64,000 bases of DNA. Origin: a virus (taxonomy: Duplodnaviria; Heunggongvirae; Uroviricota; Caudoviricetes). Both the position numbers and the translations under genes were made by a program. Of this stretch, positions 9,824 through 20,199 are shown one piece after another (position 1 is the first letter of the stretch; each line of letters starts with the position of its first letter). The stretch covers positions 107,468 through 171,467 of IMG/VR virus record IMGVR_UViG_3300014204_000107; one strand, given 5' to 3'. The notes beneath the pieces were generated by a model, which ran no database searches, was not told where the DNA came from, and saw only the letters and a list, made by a program, of their open reading frames with translations.

Positions 9824-11083
9824 TTGGCTATGGCAAAAGCAATTAAATTAATAATGGTTGAAACAGATGGCACTGCCAAAGTCCGTGGTAATAATAAATA
9901 TTACAATATGGAAGACTTGGGCAATGGCCAATTTATAGCCAAATATGGCCGCGTTGGTAATGGCGAAAGCACTGCCCAATATCCGATACACCAATGGGAT
10001 ACCAAATACAGAGAAAAAATTAGAAAAGGGTATAAAGACGTAACGCATTTGTTTCTTGAAGAAGCAGTAGACACAAATACTCCCACAAAAGACAAACAAA
10101 CCATTTCTTCTAAATGGAATCAAATGGTAAGGGACGTGGTTTCGATTTTGCAGTCGTATGCTCGAGGATCTGTTACGAAGAACTATAATGTATCATCTGC
10201 CAATGTAACTCAACGGCAAGTCGACGAGGCTCAGTCAAAATTGAATAGCCTTATTAGCATGGGTCCGTCAAGTAGCAGTATTGTTGACTTAAATCGCCTT
10301 TTACTCGAATTTTACATGATAATTCCGCGGAAAATGGACAATGTACATGCCCATGTACTGCCAAAAGATGCGGATATTAATGTGCTTGATACTAAATTAA
10401 AGAATATACTGTCGGAAGAACAGATGACTCTTGACGTTATGGCAGGGCAGGTTAAGTTAAAAGACGTGTCTAATGCAGTAGATGTTGATGAAGAAACTGA
10501 TATTTTAACTGTTTCAGGCCTTATGCTTGAACCAGTCAATGCACAAGAAGAACAAATGCTTCGTAAAATGATGGGATCAGATGCTGGACGTTACCACCGT
10601 GCATTTAGGGTTACTAATTTTAAGACAAAAAAGGCATTAGACGAATATAAAGCCATCATTCCTGTTAAAAATATGGACATGCTATGGCACGGTTCAAGAA
10701 ATGAAAATTGGTGGTCCATTATGACAAGCGGTTTACTTATTCGGCCATCCAACGCAATCCATACGGGAAGCATGCTGGGCGATGGCGTTTATTTTGCAAA
10801 TAAAATGGCAAAATCAGCAGGATATACTTCACTGCGGGGTTCGTATTGGGCATCCGGATCTGATAATCGCGGATTTTTAGCAATCTATAATGTTCTTGTT
10901 GGTAATCCGTATCATATCCACCAACACACTTCAGATTGCTATAATTTATGCAAAAAGAAATTACAATTGCTTGGTAATTATGATAGTGTGCATGCTCATG
11001 CAGGGATCAGTTTGCGCAATGATGAAATTGTCATTTATGATTCCAATCAATCAACAATTGAATATTTAATAGAATGCCGCTAA
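9824..11083 (+). CDS. WGR-domain PARP-like ADP-ribosyltransferase
   Basis: N-terminal NNKYY...AKYGRVG (WGR-like), FYMIIPR regulatory-domain motif, catalytic LWHGS, GDGVYFA..KSAGY, RNDE (H-Y-E triad). Confidence 0.9.
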   Translation: MAMAKAIKLIMVETDGTAKVRGNNKYYNMEDLGNGQFIAKYGRVGNGESTAQYPIHQWDTKYREKIRKGYKDVTHLFLEEAVDTNTPTKDKQTISSKWNQMVRDVVSILQSYARGSVTKNYNVSSANVTQRQVDEAQSKLNSLISMGPSSSSIVDLNRLLLEFYMIIPRKMDNVHAHVLPKDADINVLDTKLKNILSEEQMTLDVMAGQVKLKDVSNAVDVDEETDILTVSGLMLEPVNAQEEQMLRKMMGSDAGRYHRAFRVTNFKTKKALDEYKAIIPVKNMDMLWHGSRNENWWSIMTSGLLIRPSNAIHTGSMLGDGVYFANKMAKSAGYTSLRGSYWASGSDNRGFLAIYNVLVGNPYHIHQHTSDCYNLCKKKLQLLGNYDSVHAHAGISLRNDEIVIYDSNQSTIEYLIECR

Positions 11084-11988
11084 TGTTTTATTTTAAATTT
11101 GTAATTTTTGTGATTTGACCATATATTATTAGATACTTTTTTTATGGAGCTAAAATCAAACTTGATGTTTAATAATTCATATAATTGATCTACAATTTCT
11201 TTGCCGTGTCCGAATAGTTCATATAATAAATTATCATTAATATCTAATACTTGCACATGCGTTCTTAATTTTTCTAATTGTTTTTGTCGGTTTTGTTGAT
11301 TTATTTGTTTCCTTTCTTCCAGTTGCTCTTTCGTTCTTTTATTCATAGTTTGTTTATATGTAGTTCGTCTTTTTTCAATATGCTCCATAGATTGAGTGGT
11401 ACCAGTAAATGTCTTTTTTGCAGTAGCTGCTATTTTTTTCTTGGTTTCATCTGTGTGGGTTTTCCCTTTAAATGGATTATTTTCTATCATAAACTTAGAT
11501 TGTTTTTTAGACAGTTCGTTCCATTTTAATTCCGCATCTTCTTTTGACATCCCATTCTTAACCCACATATCAACAACTGAAATGCCAGTACCAATTAAAT
11601 TACTACGAAATCCAGTCGCATACAATGCTTTTCTAGAGTCAGATAGTTTCTTTCTCCATTCATCAGCAAATTTAGGTTTGTGACCCAACCCTCCGCCTCC
11701 GCCGTCTGTTAAATTGCATAACTTTATACCATTCTCTTTATAGTGTCTTATATGATAAATTTCTTGCTCATCTGCTTGTTCTTTAGATAAATTAGTAATT
11801 AAAATATTATAAGTAAGTTGATAATTAAATTCACGTTGCAATTTTCTTACTTTTTTATGTAAATGGTTTTTACCAATATCAATTTCTTTTTTATGCTCTT
11901 GCATGCGACGCTTAATATTACAAGTTTGTCCAATATAGATTGGAACATTGTTATTATCAATAATTTCATAAATTAAAAACTTCTTCAT
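11080..11988 (-). CDS. GIY-YIG homing endonuclease with NUMOD3-like motifs
   Basis: LIYEI...YIGQT..IKRRM.EH; LCNLTDGG; NPFKGKTHTDETKKKI. Confidence 0.85.
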   Translation of the reverse strand: MKKFLIYEIIDNNNVPIYIGQTCNIKRRMQEHKKEIDIGKNHLHKKVRKLQREFNYQLTYNILITNLSKEQADEQEIYHIRHYKENGIKLCNLTDGGGGGLGHKPKFADEWRKKLSDSRKALYATGFRSNLIGTGISVVDMWVKNGMSKEDAELKWNELSKKQSKFMIENNPFKGKTHTDETKKKIAATAKKTFTGTTQSMEHIEKRRTTYKQTMNKRTKEQLEERKQINQQNRQKQLEKLRTHVQVLDINDNLLYELFGHGKEIVDQLYELLNIKFDFSSIKKVSNNIWSNHKNYKFKIKH

Positions 11989-12124
11989 AATTGCATCCTC
12001 TAAATTTATTTGGTGATGTTATATACTTTGCTAATAAATAGTATTAAATTATAATAAAAATGATTTTTTTGTTTGGGTTATTGAAAAATATTTTGTATAT
12101 TTATGTGTAATAATATTAATGTAA

Positions 12125-12543
12125 ATGATACCAAATATAGACGGTTACGAATTGGCAGAAGATGAATATCTTCTTAAAATACGTCCGAAAGGTTTGCTGA
12201 CTAACTACGATGCTGGGTTTCTTACTAAATTTACAAAAAAGGGAAAATACCAGTTGAGTTTGCTAATTGGGGAAATTCCTATGTTTGGGTATCAATGCAA
12301 TCGCAGGTTCTTGATGGTTCTTTACCAACATATGTCTTTAAAGAAACGACAAGAGAAGGGTGGAAATTAATTAGTTGGCGGTTTGGTCAAAGCCAAAATT
12401 GGGCAATACTGCTGCACCCGGAAAGGTTTACAGTTGAGATATATTTAAATCAATTTTTAGAAATAATGCAAAATAATACAATTATAAATGGCGAAATAAT
12501 TGGCAAATTTTATTGGAAAGACCATACATTAATAAGCAAATAA
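12125..12543 (+). CDS. hypothetical protein spanning a -1 frameshift at A_AAA_AAG (12235-12241)
   Basis: the -1 frame is open from the heptamer (KGKIPVEFANWGNSYVWVSMQSQ...) to 12543. Confidence 0.6.
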
Positions 12544-12544
12544 G

Positions 12545-12745
12545 ATGTCAGAAGAAATTAAAAATAGAATAGATAGCATGGCATATGCAGAAATGTTATA
12601 TAAATGGAGATTTTCTGTATGAGGAGATTCGCTATTTCAAGGAGAAATTGGTGATTATTTTGCTAAATCCATGGAAGAAAAGAAAGATAAATTAGAGGAT
12701 GGTGAAGCATCGCAAATTTCCAAAGATATTGGGTGGGAAAAATAA
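12545..12745 (+). pseudogene. small phage protein with in-frame TGA at 12620-12622
   Basis: MSEEIKNRIDSMAYAEMLYKWRFSV*GDSLFQGEIGDYF...ISKDIGWEK; codon-like sequence on both sides of the stop. Confidence 0.7.
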
Positions 12746-12770
12746 TTAATAAACAAATAAAATAAACAAA

Positions 12771-13001
12771 ATGAAAGTAAAAATTGGTAACACGGCTAAC
12801 ATAGATAGTGATTCACAAATGAAAGTTGGACAAATAGCAGAAATATTAGGCACATCATACAACGGGGGAATCGTTCTTAGAATATATGATGGATATGTAT
12901 TGCTGGGAAATCCAAAGGTTACATGGGGGAGAAGTGACATCTGCTTTGATGTAGTTATATTTCCAACCGGCACTGAAGTTGCTTTAACAACAGAAATATA
13001 A
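12771..13001 (+). CDS. hypothetical protein
   Basis: 76-aa ORF, A-rich leader. Confidence 0.65.
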   Translation: MKVKIGNTANIDSDSQMKVGQIAEILGTSYNGGIVLRIYDGYVLLGNPKVTWGRSDICFDVVIFPTGTEVALTTEI

Positions 13002-13044
13002 ATAATGCAATTTTGTATTTTATATCTAAATAAAAATTTATATT

Positions 13045-13581
13045 ATGAAACAATTCACAGATGACGTCGTTCGTCGAATCGCAGAAGATTTAATGAACAA
13101 AAATGGCTCAACAACTAACCTTGATATTAAAATGGCACTCCGCGCCAATGGCTTTTGGGCTATGCAAGTTGACGTTGCAAATGCAATGAATAGGGTGGTG
13201 CCAAACCAATATATTTGGCAAACTTCTAACAACGGCAGATTTAATACTTATACAATTAACGCAAGTTCGTGTATAGGATATCAAGCTGGGAATGTTATTC
13301 CTATAAGCTCATACGCACCAACTAAACGTAAAAAATATACAAGAGTTGATATTAGCAATATTACATTTTTTGATGTAAGCTATACGCCCGGCTTAGCCAA
13401 TACTGCATTAGATAACAATGATTGGGTGGTATATTTTCCATCCTTACAAAAGGCGTATGTTATTGATGGTAAGCCAACTCTTACAAGAGACCAAGCAAGG
13501 TGCATGGGTCGTAAATATATGGGTATTGCAGATATATCCGATGTTCTTGCTTGCCGAGTACAAAGGTGGGTTGGATTTTAA
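13045..13581 (+). CDS. hypothetical protein
   Basis: 178-aa ORF. Confidence 0.7.
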   Translation: MKQFTDDVVRRIAEDLMNKNGSTTNLDIKMALRANGFWAMQVDVANAMNRVVPNQYIWQTSNNGRFNTYTINASSCIGYQAGNVIPISSYAPTKRKKYTRVDISNITFFDVSYTPGLANTALDNNDWVVYFPSLQKAYVIDGKPTLTRDQARCMGRKYMGIADISDVLACRVQRWVGF

Positions 13582-13634
13582 TTTTTGAATTTTTAAATCC
13601 TGCCATATATATATTTGTACCAACTTATAACTAT

Positions 13635-14096
13635 ATGGCAGGATTTTACGCTTTTGATAACCTTATAGAAAAATGCCCACCACAGCTTAAAACAGATATA
13701 TTTCGGTTAAAGCTCGTGCAGCAAAGGCCGGACAAACACCCGGAAGGCAATGGATTTATACATACCCAGCAGGTAGTAGATAGGCTTGCAGTATATAAAG
13801 ATATTACTCTTTCTTTGGCGGGCATCTTTCATGACTTGGGTAAGTTTGATACACAAACATATAACCAAGAAAAGAAGTTCCACCAGCAACCCGGGCATGA
13901 AAAAGAATCTATCAAATATGTTGAGCGATTCAAAAAATGGATTATAAATATGGGTGCAGATTATGATATAGTATATGGTATTGTTGCACAACATATGCGT
14001 TTAAAGGTTATAGATAATATGAAGCAAGCCAAACAAGATGAATTGATGCAACTTCATTATTTTGATCTACTTAGAAAGTTCAGTGAATGTGATTAG
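13635..14096 (+). CDS. HD-domain protein (resembles HD module of tRNA nucleotidyltransferase/poly(A) polymerase family)
   Basis: KHPEG..FIHT..V, AGIFHDLGK, GHE..S, HM. Confidence 0.75.
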   Translation: MAGFYAFDNLIEKCPPQLKTDIFRLKLVQQRPDKHPEGNGFIHTQQVVDRLAVYKDITLSLAGIFHDLGKFDTQTYNQEKKFHQQPGHEKESIKYVERFKKWIINMGADYDIVYGIVAQHMRLKVIDNMKQAKQDELMQLHYFDLLRKFSECD

Positions 14097-14339
14097 TTAT
14101 AAAAATTTAAAATGAAAGCACGCATTATTAAAAATAAAGCAGCAGTTATTGTTGGCTTTATTTATATTTTGGTTATAGGAGGATTACTATACTTGCTTGG
14201 TTAATAATTAATATTATTTTGTATATTTTTATATTGCTTTCTTAGCAAGTTAAACCTATCTTTAAAAATATTTTAAAGAATATTTGGTGGTTTGAAAAAT
14301 TCTTCTTAACTTTACTTTAACATTAAATAACAAATAGTT

Positions 14340-14504
14340 ATGTACAAATCATTAAGTGCAATAGTAAGTGGGTTAGCAACGGGGGCATTAATTCCGGTCA
14401 TCGGTAGTGGAAAACCTATTCCAATATTTGCTTTGGCTGCACTAATAGGTGTAGCAGTGTATTTTGGATATATTGCTTTTTTTAGCAAAACAAAGAAATC
14501 ATAA
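14340..14504 (+). CDS. small membrane protein (54 aa; not in ORF track)
   Basis: hydrophobic Gly/Ala-rich ORF after a promoter-like box. Confidence 0.5.
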   Translation: MYKSLSAIVSGLATGALIPVIGSGKPIPIFALAALIGVAVYFGYIAFFSKTKKS

Positions 14505-14509
14505 TCAAA

Positions 14510-14728
14510 ATGCCGCTATTACGTGAACTAACCATTAGCAGGTTGAATGAAATTCGCCAACATGAGCAGGGGTTTCAACCAACTACAATGAAATGGAATA
14601 TAACATTTGCAAACCATACGGGATGCAATAATATTTCCACGCTAGATTTTAATAGTTTGACAGACGATGAGCTTGCTAAATTATTTGAAACTATTGTCAA
14701 ACACTATTACGAACAAATGTATTTATGA
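14510..14728 (+). CDS. hypothetical protein
   Basis: operonic ORF. Confidence 0.6.
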   Translation: MPLLRELTISRLNEIRQHEQGFQPTTMKWNITFANHTGCNNISTLDFNSLTDDELAKLFETIVKHYYEQMYL

Positions 14729-14967
14729 GTATTAAATTTAAGTGGATTACCCGAAATAATATTATTGCTATAGAAAAAGCAGAGAATAATAAAGGAGCAT
14801 CATATTGTATAGCAGAAGATATGATATCTAACTGTACCAATAAATATCAATTTGAAACAATTGAAAAATATGTTAATCAATTTGGCATTATATATGGTTA
14901 TAGTGGACTCTATAGTATGCTATTGGCAGAATTAAATAGCTTAAGAACCTTAATTTCAGTAGAATGA
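14725..14967 (+). CDS. hypothetical protein
   Basis: ATGA overlap. Confidence 0.6.
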   Translation: MSIKFKWITRNNIIAIEKAENNKGASYCIAEDMISNCTNKYQFETIEKYVNQFGIIYGYSGLYSMLLAELNSLRTLISVE

Positions 14968-15164
14968 TATATAAAATAAATGTTCCAGACGACGCTACTA
15001 ATCCAAATTTAGATTGGGCAGCAACACATAAATTAATCGATCATCTTCGATTTGAATCCGCGGATGATGCACTTGTAGCAGAAGTCATAGCTAAAATTGT
15101 CAAAACAATTGATGAATTTGACATAAAATACGCGCAAATAATTAAAATTTTAAAGACTAAATAA
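14964..15164 (+). CDS. hypothetical protein
   Basis: ATGA overlap. Confidence 0.6.
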   Translation: MIYKINVPDDATNPNLDWAATHKLIDHLRFESADDALVAEVIAKIVKTIDEFDIKYAQIIKILKTK

Positions 15165-15167
15165 ATT

Positions 15168-15437
15168 ATGGAAAACAAGTTGATGATTGGTAAAAACGTG
15201 AGATTACTCCGCGATATAGTTACCGAAGGGGAAAATCCTGTTACATTTTCTAGACATTCTCTTTGCAGAGTACAAAAAGATTTAAGCTTTTATTGCATTA
15301 CCGGCAAGACTCAAGGTATTGTTATGAAGACTATTGATGAAAGTGCTGTTGACCGCAAAACGGGTATCATAAAAGAACCTAAGGGTGAAGTTAACATGCA
15401 ATTAGAAAGGGATATTGATTATAAATTATGCTTATAA
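15168..15437 (+). CDS. hypothetical protein
   Basis: operonic ORF. Confidence 0.6.
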   Translation: MENKLMIGKNVRLLRDIVTEGENPVTFSRHSLCRVQKDLSFYCITGKTQGIVMKTIDESAVDRKTGIIKEPKGEVNMQLERDIDYKLCL

Positions 15438-15447
15438 TACAACTACC

Positions 15448-15792
15448 ATGACGGATAAACAAATTGAATTAGTAAAATTTATAGAATTATCTTTGCATTT
15501 TAACCCAAATGAATGGAAATTCGGATATACCTGTAAAGGCTTTCCTGAAATTAAACATATCAAAACAGGGGCACATATCGTAAAGTTTATAAACAGGTCT
15601 AAGAATGTAATTTCTATATTTGGTCCATTTCCACATTGGATCGATGTCACAGATTATGATATGGAGAATACGTTGTTAAATATTATGAATGGGTTCGAAG
15701 ACAAGTGGAAGGATGAATATAATATGAATGCCGAAAAAAAGATGCAAGAGTTGATTGATGCATTTAAATGTGCAACTAATGAAAATATATAA
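15448..15792 (+). CDS. hypothetical protein
   Basis: likely start MTDKQ at 15448. Confidence 0.6.
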   Translation: MTDKQIELVKFIELSLHFNPNEWKFGYTCKGFPEIKHIKTGAHIVKFINRSKNVISIFGPFPHWIDVTDYDMENTLLNIMNGFEDKWKDEYNMNAEKKMQELIDAFKCATNENI

Positions 15793-15800
15793 GAAGAAAA

Positions 15801-16844
15801 ATGAGAAATTTAGCAACTATACAACGAATTATAGATATCAAACCTATTCCAAATGCTGATGCTATTGAAGTAGCTCAAATACTTGGGTGGCACGTGGTTA
15901 TTAAACGCAATGAATTTAAAGTCAACGACTTATGTGTCTATGTAGAAATTGATTCATTGCTGCCGCATTGGCCGGAATTTGAATTTCTTGCTTCTTCAAA
16001 TTATAGAATTCGAACAGTAAGGCTGCGTGGCCAGGTGAGCCAAGGTATTTGTTTTCCGCTATCAATATTAGAAGGAAAGAAATTTAAAGATGATACACGC
16101 GAAAATCCTAAATATGAATTATATGAAGGGTATGATGTTACTGGTTTGCTACAAATAGAAAAATACGAACCAGCAATACCTGCTTGTTTAAGTGGACTTG
16201 CTATTGGATATTTTCCGTCTTTCATTCCAACTACTGATGAAACTCGCATTCAAAGCATGCCTGAAATATTAACTAAATATAAATGGCAACGGTTCTATGT
16301 TACGGAAAAATGTGACGGTAGCTCATGTACAATCTTTATTAAAGATAATAATTTTGGTGTGTGTTCTAGCGGATTACAATTAGCTGAAGATGATAAAAAT
16401 TCATTTTGGAAAGTAGTAAAGCAAAATAATATTGAGGAAAAAATTCGTTCTTTGGATATGAATATTGCATTGCAAGGAGAATTAGTTGGGGAAGGAATAC
16501 GGGGCAATAAATTAGGTATTAAGGGGCATGATATTTATTTCTTTACTGCATTCGACATTGATGAATATAAATTTATGGACGGCCCCGATTTATTATCTAT
16601 GTTAATGACATTAGGACTTAAAATGGTTCCTATTATAGATGCAAACTATAAATTACCATTAACAGTTGATGAATTAGTAGCATTCGTACAGCGCAAATCA
16701 GAAATTAATCCTAATGTTTGGATTGAAGGTGGCGTATTTCGTCCTCATATTGAGATAATTGATACTGAAATTAAATTATTACATGCAAATAGATTGTCGT
16801 TCAAATGTATAAATCCAAATTTCTTGCTTAAATACAACGAATAA
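15801..16844 (+). CDS. ATP-dependent RNA ligase (DRB0094/Rnl5-like with N-terminal OB fold)
   Basis: [18 protein letters not shown], motif [35 protein letters not shown]. Confidence 0.9.
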   Translation: MRNLATIQRIIDIKPIPNADAIEVAQILGWHVVIKRNEFKVNDLCVYVEIDSLLPHWPEFEFLASSNYRIRTVRLRGQVSQGICFPLSILEGKKFKDDTRENPKYELYEGYDVTGLLQIEKYEPAIPACLSGLAIGYFPSFIPTTDETRIQSMPEILTKYKWQRFYVTEKCDGSSCTIFIKDNNFGVCSSGLQLAEDDKNSFWKVVKQNNIEEKIRSLDMNIALQGELVGEGIRGNKLGIKGHDIYFFTAFDIDEYKFMDGPDLLSMLMTLGLKMVPIIDANYKLPLTVDELVAFVQRKSEINPNVWIEGGVFRPHIEIIDTEIKLLHANRLSFKCINPNFLLKYNE

Positions 16845-17923
16845 TGCGAAAAGACTATTATAATATACTCGGCATTACTAAAGAAGCTACTAAAGCTGAA
16901 ATTAAAAAAACTTACCGCAAGCTTGCAAAGCAATATCACCCAGATACACATCCAGAGGACCCAGTAGCTGCGGAGGAGAAATTTAAGGAAATTGCTGAAG
17001 CATATGAAGTATTAAGTGATGACGCTAAGCGTCAACGATATGATAGCGGCGAAGAAATAACTGGCCCAAATATGTCTGGCTTTGGTTTCAATATAAACGA
17101 TATCATAGCTAGACATTTTGCTAACGACCCATTTTTCAGACGGCATAATCCTCAACAGCAATCGGTTGCCCGCGGTAGAGATTTAAGAATAATGCTAACC
17201 CTATCATTAGAAGAAGCCTACAATAGGAAGCCACGCACAGTAAAATATACCAGACAAGTTACTTGTACCAAATGTAATGGTACTGCATCAGAAGATGGCA
17301 CTACTACTGCATGTGAGACGTGTGGTGGAACAGGGCAACTTGTTCAACAATTTCAAATGCCAAATGGTATAGCACAAAATATTAGTACCTGCTATGATTG
17401 CAATGGGACGGGAATCAAGATAGTAAATCTATGCAAAGAATGTAGTGGTACTGGCTTGGTTCCTAAGGAAGAAGAATTGGAAATAGAAATTCCATACGGT
17501 GTACTGCAAAATAACCACATTGTATATACCCATATGGGTGACTGTGCACCTCTCATAACGTATAAATCACAGCAGCCAGGTAATTTATTAGTTTCATTTA
17601 ATGTACAATTAGATGACAAGTATGATGCAATATCTGTAGCAGACTTACTGACTAAAATAACCATCACCCCGATTGATGCATGTCTGGGAATAGATGACTT
17701 ATCTCTTGATACTATCAGTGGTAAAGCATTTAAAGTAAAGGTTCCTGCAGGAACTGAACACGGCAATATGTTAAGATTAAAAGGACAAGGTATGCCTATT
17801 AGCGATAATGCATTTGGTAATTTGCTCGTTCAAGTCGAAATCAAAGTTCCCGCAGAAATAACACAGGAAGAACGAATTCTTCTTGAACAATTACGGGAAA
17901 TGCCAAGTTTTAAACAGAAATAA
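16844..17923 (+). CDS. dnaJ: DnaJ chaperone (class A)
   Basis: J-domain with HPD, G/F region, four CxxCxGxG repeats, C-terminal domain. Confidence 0.95.
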   Translation: MRKDYYNILGITKEATKAEIKKTYRKLAKQYHPDTHPEDPVAAEEKFKEIAEAYEVLSDDAKRQRYDSGEEITGPNMSGFGFNINDIIARHFANDPFFRRHNPQQQSVARGRDLRIMLTLSLEEAYNRKPRTVKYTRQVTCTKCNGTASEDGTTTACETCGGTGQLVQQFQMPNGIAQNISTCYDCNGTGIKIVNLCKECSGTGLVPKEEELEIEIPYGVLQNNHIVYTHMGDCAPLITYKSQQPGNLLVSFNVQLDDKYDAISVADLLTKITITPIDACLGIDDLSLDTISGKAFKVKVPAGTEHGNMLRLKGQGMPISDNAFGNLLVQVEIKVPAEITQEERILLEQLREMPSFKQK

Positions 17924-18103
17924 CATTTAATGCATTTACGTTGAATATTTGTTTATAACGTAATTAGGTAAGTTCTGGTGATAGTTAACGGCTAGGTGAT
18001 ACCTGGTACTACTTTAAAAAGATCGTCTATTAGATCTAACCATATTACGTCATTTTATGTTTGATCTATACCTTGTTTCTATGTCTTTACTGTTTTATCC
18101 AAA

Positions 18104-19183
18104 TTAAGTTGGAATATAACTTCCATTGACATCCCCATAACAAAGGCCCCGTACAAGAATCATTTTATCGGAAATAAGCTTAAAACTTGCATCTTCAAAT
18201 ATCCAGTCCCCTGCAGGGAAGGAATTTATAACTTGGGTAAATCGCTGGGCTACTAATAATGCATCAGCTGCATTTACAGTACCACTACCATTCACGTCTG
18301 CTGCTAAAAGCCTTAAACCAGTTAATGGTGTTAATCCAATAAAGTGCCGTTCTATTAATAACGCATCAGTAGAATTTACACCACCCCATGGTTTATGGCA
18401 TACTACATTGATAGTATAGTTGTTTTCTGGTATGTTGTTAAATGCAAAGTTTCCATGCGCATCTGTTTCTGTTTGCCAATAACGATCATCGTCGTCAAAT
18501 AATAAAACCGAAACATCAGATAATGGTGTGCTAATAGTGTTATCGTACATTACGCTTCCTGATATATTATGATTAAATGGAATATAAACTGCAATTGCAT
18601 TAGAGTTTGCGCTTAGCCCAGATGAATTCCATGCACGAATTCTATAATAATATGTTGAATTCCAATTAGGTGGCGCAGAAGAAGGTTGTAAATTTTTTAC
18701 TTCATAATAAGTTGCTACGCATGTGGTAAAGTTTGTATATCCAGGTACACCATAAATAAATTGCTCGTCATACGCAACGTCCATAAAATATCTATTAACA
18801 TACATAGACTTGCCCCAAGTAGCAATAAATGAACTGGTTGTTACATTAATTGCTGGATATGCTACTGGTGGGTCGGGGATTGGACGCGGAGTTATCACGC
18901 TAATCACATTTGAATAATCTGACCATACACTATTGTCATATGCCATTACTCTATAATATAATGTTAATGATGGTAATGCACCAATAATACTATAGCTCGT
19001 TTCTGTTCCAATGTTTATATCATAATAATTAAAAATATTTGTAAATTCAGTATCATATGCTACTTGTAGATGATAATGCGTTACAGTTGACCCTGAAACT
19101 TCTCCATTTTGCCAATTTGCAGTGAATGATGTTGGTGCTACATTGGTTGCAGCTAATGCTATAGGTGCCGGTAAGGTGTACAT
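18104..19183 (-). CDS. two FN3 domains + carboxypeptidase-regulatory-like Ig domain + type I dockerin
   Basis: TSFTANW...YYRVMA..SDYSN and TSSFIATW...YYRIRAWNSSG..ANSN; WGGVNSTDALL...ADVNGSGTVNAADAL...GDVNGS. Confidence 0.8.
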   Translation of the reverse strand: MYTLPAPIALAATNVAPTSFTANWQNGEVSGSTVTHYHLQVAYDTEFTNIFNYYDINIGTETSYSIIGALPSLTLYYRVMAYDNSVWSDYSNVISVITPRPIPDPPVAYPAINVTTSSFIATWGKSMYVNRYFMDVAYDEQFIYGVPGYTNFTTCVATYYEVKNLQPSSAPPNWNSTYYYRIRAWNSSGLSANSNAIAVYIPFNHNISGSVMYDNTISTPLSDVSVLLFDDDDRYWQTETDAHGNFAFNNIPENNYTINVVCHKPWGGVNSTDALLIERHFIGLTPLTGLRLLAADVNGSGTVNAADALLVAQRFTQVINSFPAGDWIFEDASFKLISDKMILVRGLCYGDVNGSYIPT

Positions 19184-19300
19184 TGGTTCTCCTTTTTATT
19201 ATAAATATAAAAAATATTTTGAAATGTCAATTATTTTTCTTATGTATGCTATATAAATAAATATGCAATGGAAACGGAAAATGTGAACTGTGCACTCCCT

Positions 19301-19837
19301 TTAAATTGTGCATCTTTCTTGCTTACTAATTTCAGCAAGTACATCAGCCGATATTGCTAATGGCCTATTCACAGAGGCAATGTGTTGTTGCTCCCAACGC
19401 TTTAAAATGTTGATTGCAGAGTTTAAATCTCTATCTATAAACACATTTTCATTTAATTTAACAGTTCTATCTTGCAATTCTACTTTATCTTTAAATAATT
19501 TGCCAGTCAAGCAATTTAATTGAGTAGTATTATGTTCATCTATTTTGATAACATCTGTACCAGTTGCTTGACATTTATATTTAAGAAACTGAAGAAACAT
19601 CGTAATATTGCTTTTATTAAAAGACTTTCTTACATTTTTCTTTTTAGCATTAACGCCATCAGTAGACATCAATTTTTTAACTGTTAAATCTCCAATTACA
19701 ATCGTATTGTAATTCATATTCGCTAATTTCTTGCTCTGAATATGTAGAGTTTGTTTTATTTGTGCATTCTTTTTATTGTAACATTTATTTAAAGTTGCCG
19801 TTAACGCTTTATTTCTTATTTTTGTTTTATTAATCAT
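19301..19837 (-). mobile_element. tnpB: N-terminally truncated IS200/IS605 TnpB-like protein
   Basis: HIQSKKL, IVIGDL (RuvC-II), FLQFLKYK, TTQLNC..G, IDRDLNSAINI (RuvC-III); RuvC-I absent; putative right end TTCAC at 19287-19283. Confidence 0.75.
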
Positions 19838-19843
19838 AGAACA

Positions 19844-20116
19844 ATGGAAAAAACAAATGTAGTATTTCAAAAAATTGAGAATTGCCTTGATTGTAATTTT
19901 CATAAATTAATCCCTGACCCCGACCCTAATGATTGGTTTTGTGATGATGACGAATCCGTTGTCTGCACCAAAACACTAAATCCAGATAGAAATGACCATT
20001 CAGAATATGCGTCAGACAGAAATGTAAATCGATCAATTACCTGTTCTAGCAGGCCATACCAAACCAGAAGAGATTGTGCCGTACCAGATTGGTGTCCACT
20101 TTTAGGAAAAAAATAA
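19844..20116 (+). CDS. Cys-rich hypothetical protein
   Basis: CLDC...WFCDDD...C...C...VPDWCPL. Confidence 0.7.
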   Translation: MEKTNVVFQKIENCLDCNFHKLIPDPDPNDWFCDDDESVVCTKTLNPDRNDHSEYASDRNVNRSITCSSRPYQTRRDCAVPDWCPLLGKK

Positions 20117-20199
20117 AATTTGATGCTATACTAATAAATTATAATATAGAAATTGAAATTATTTGGTTAGCTGAAAAGTTTTTCATATATTTATCATAG

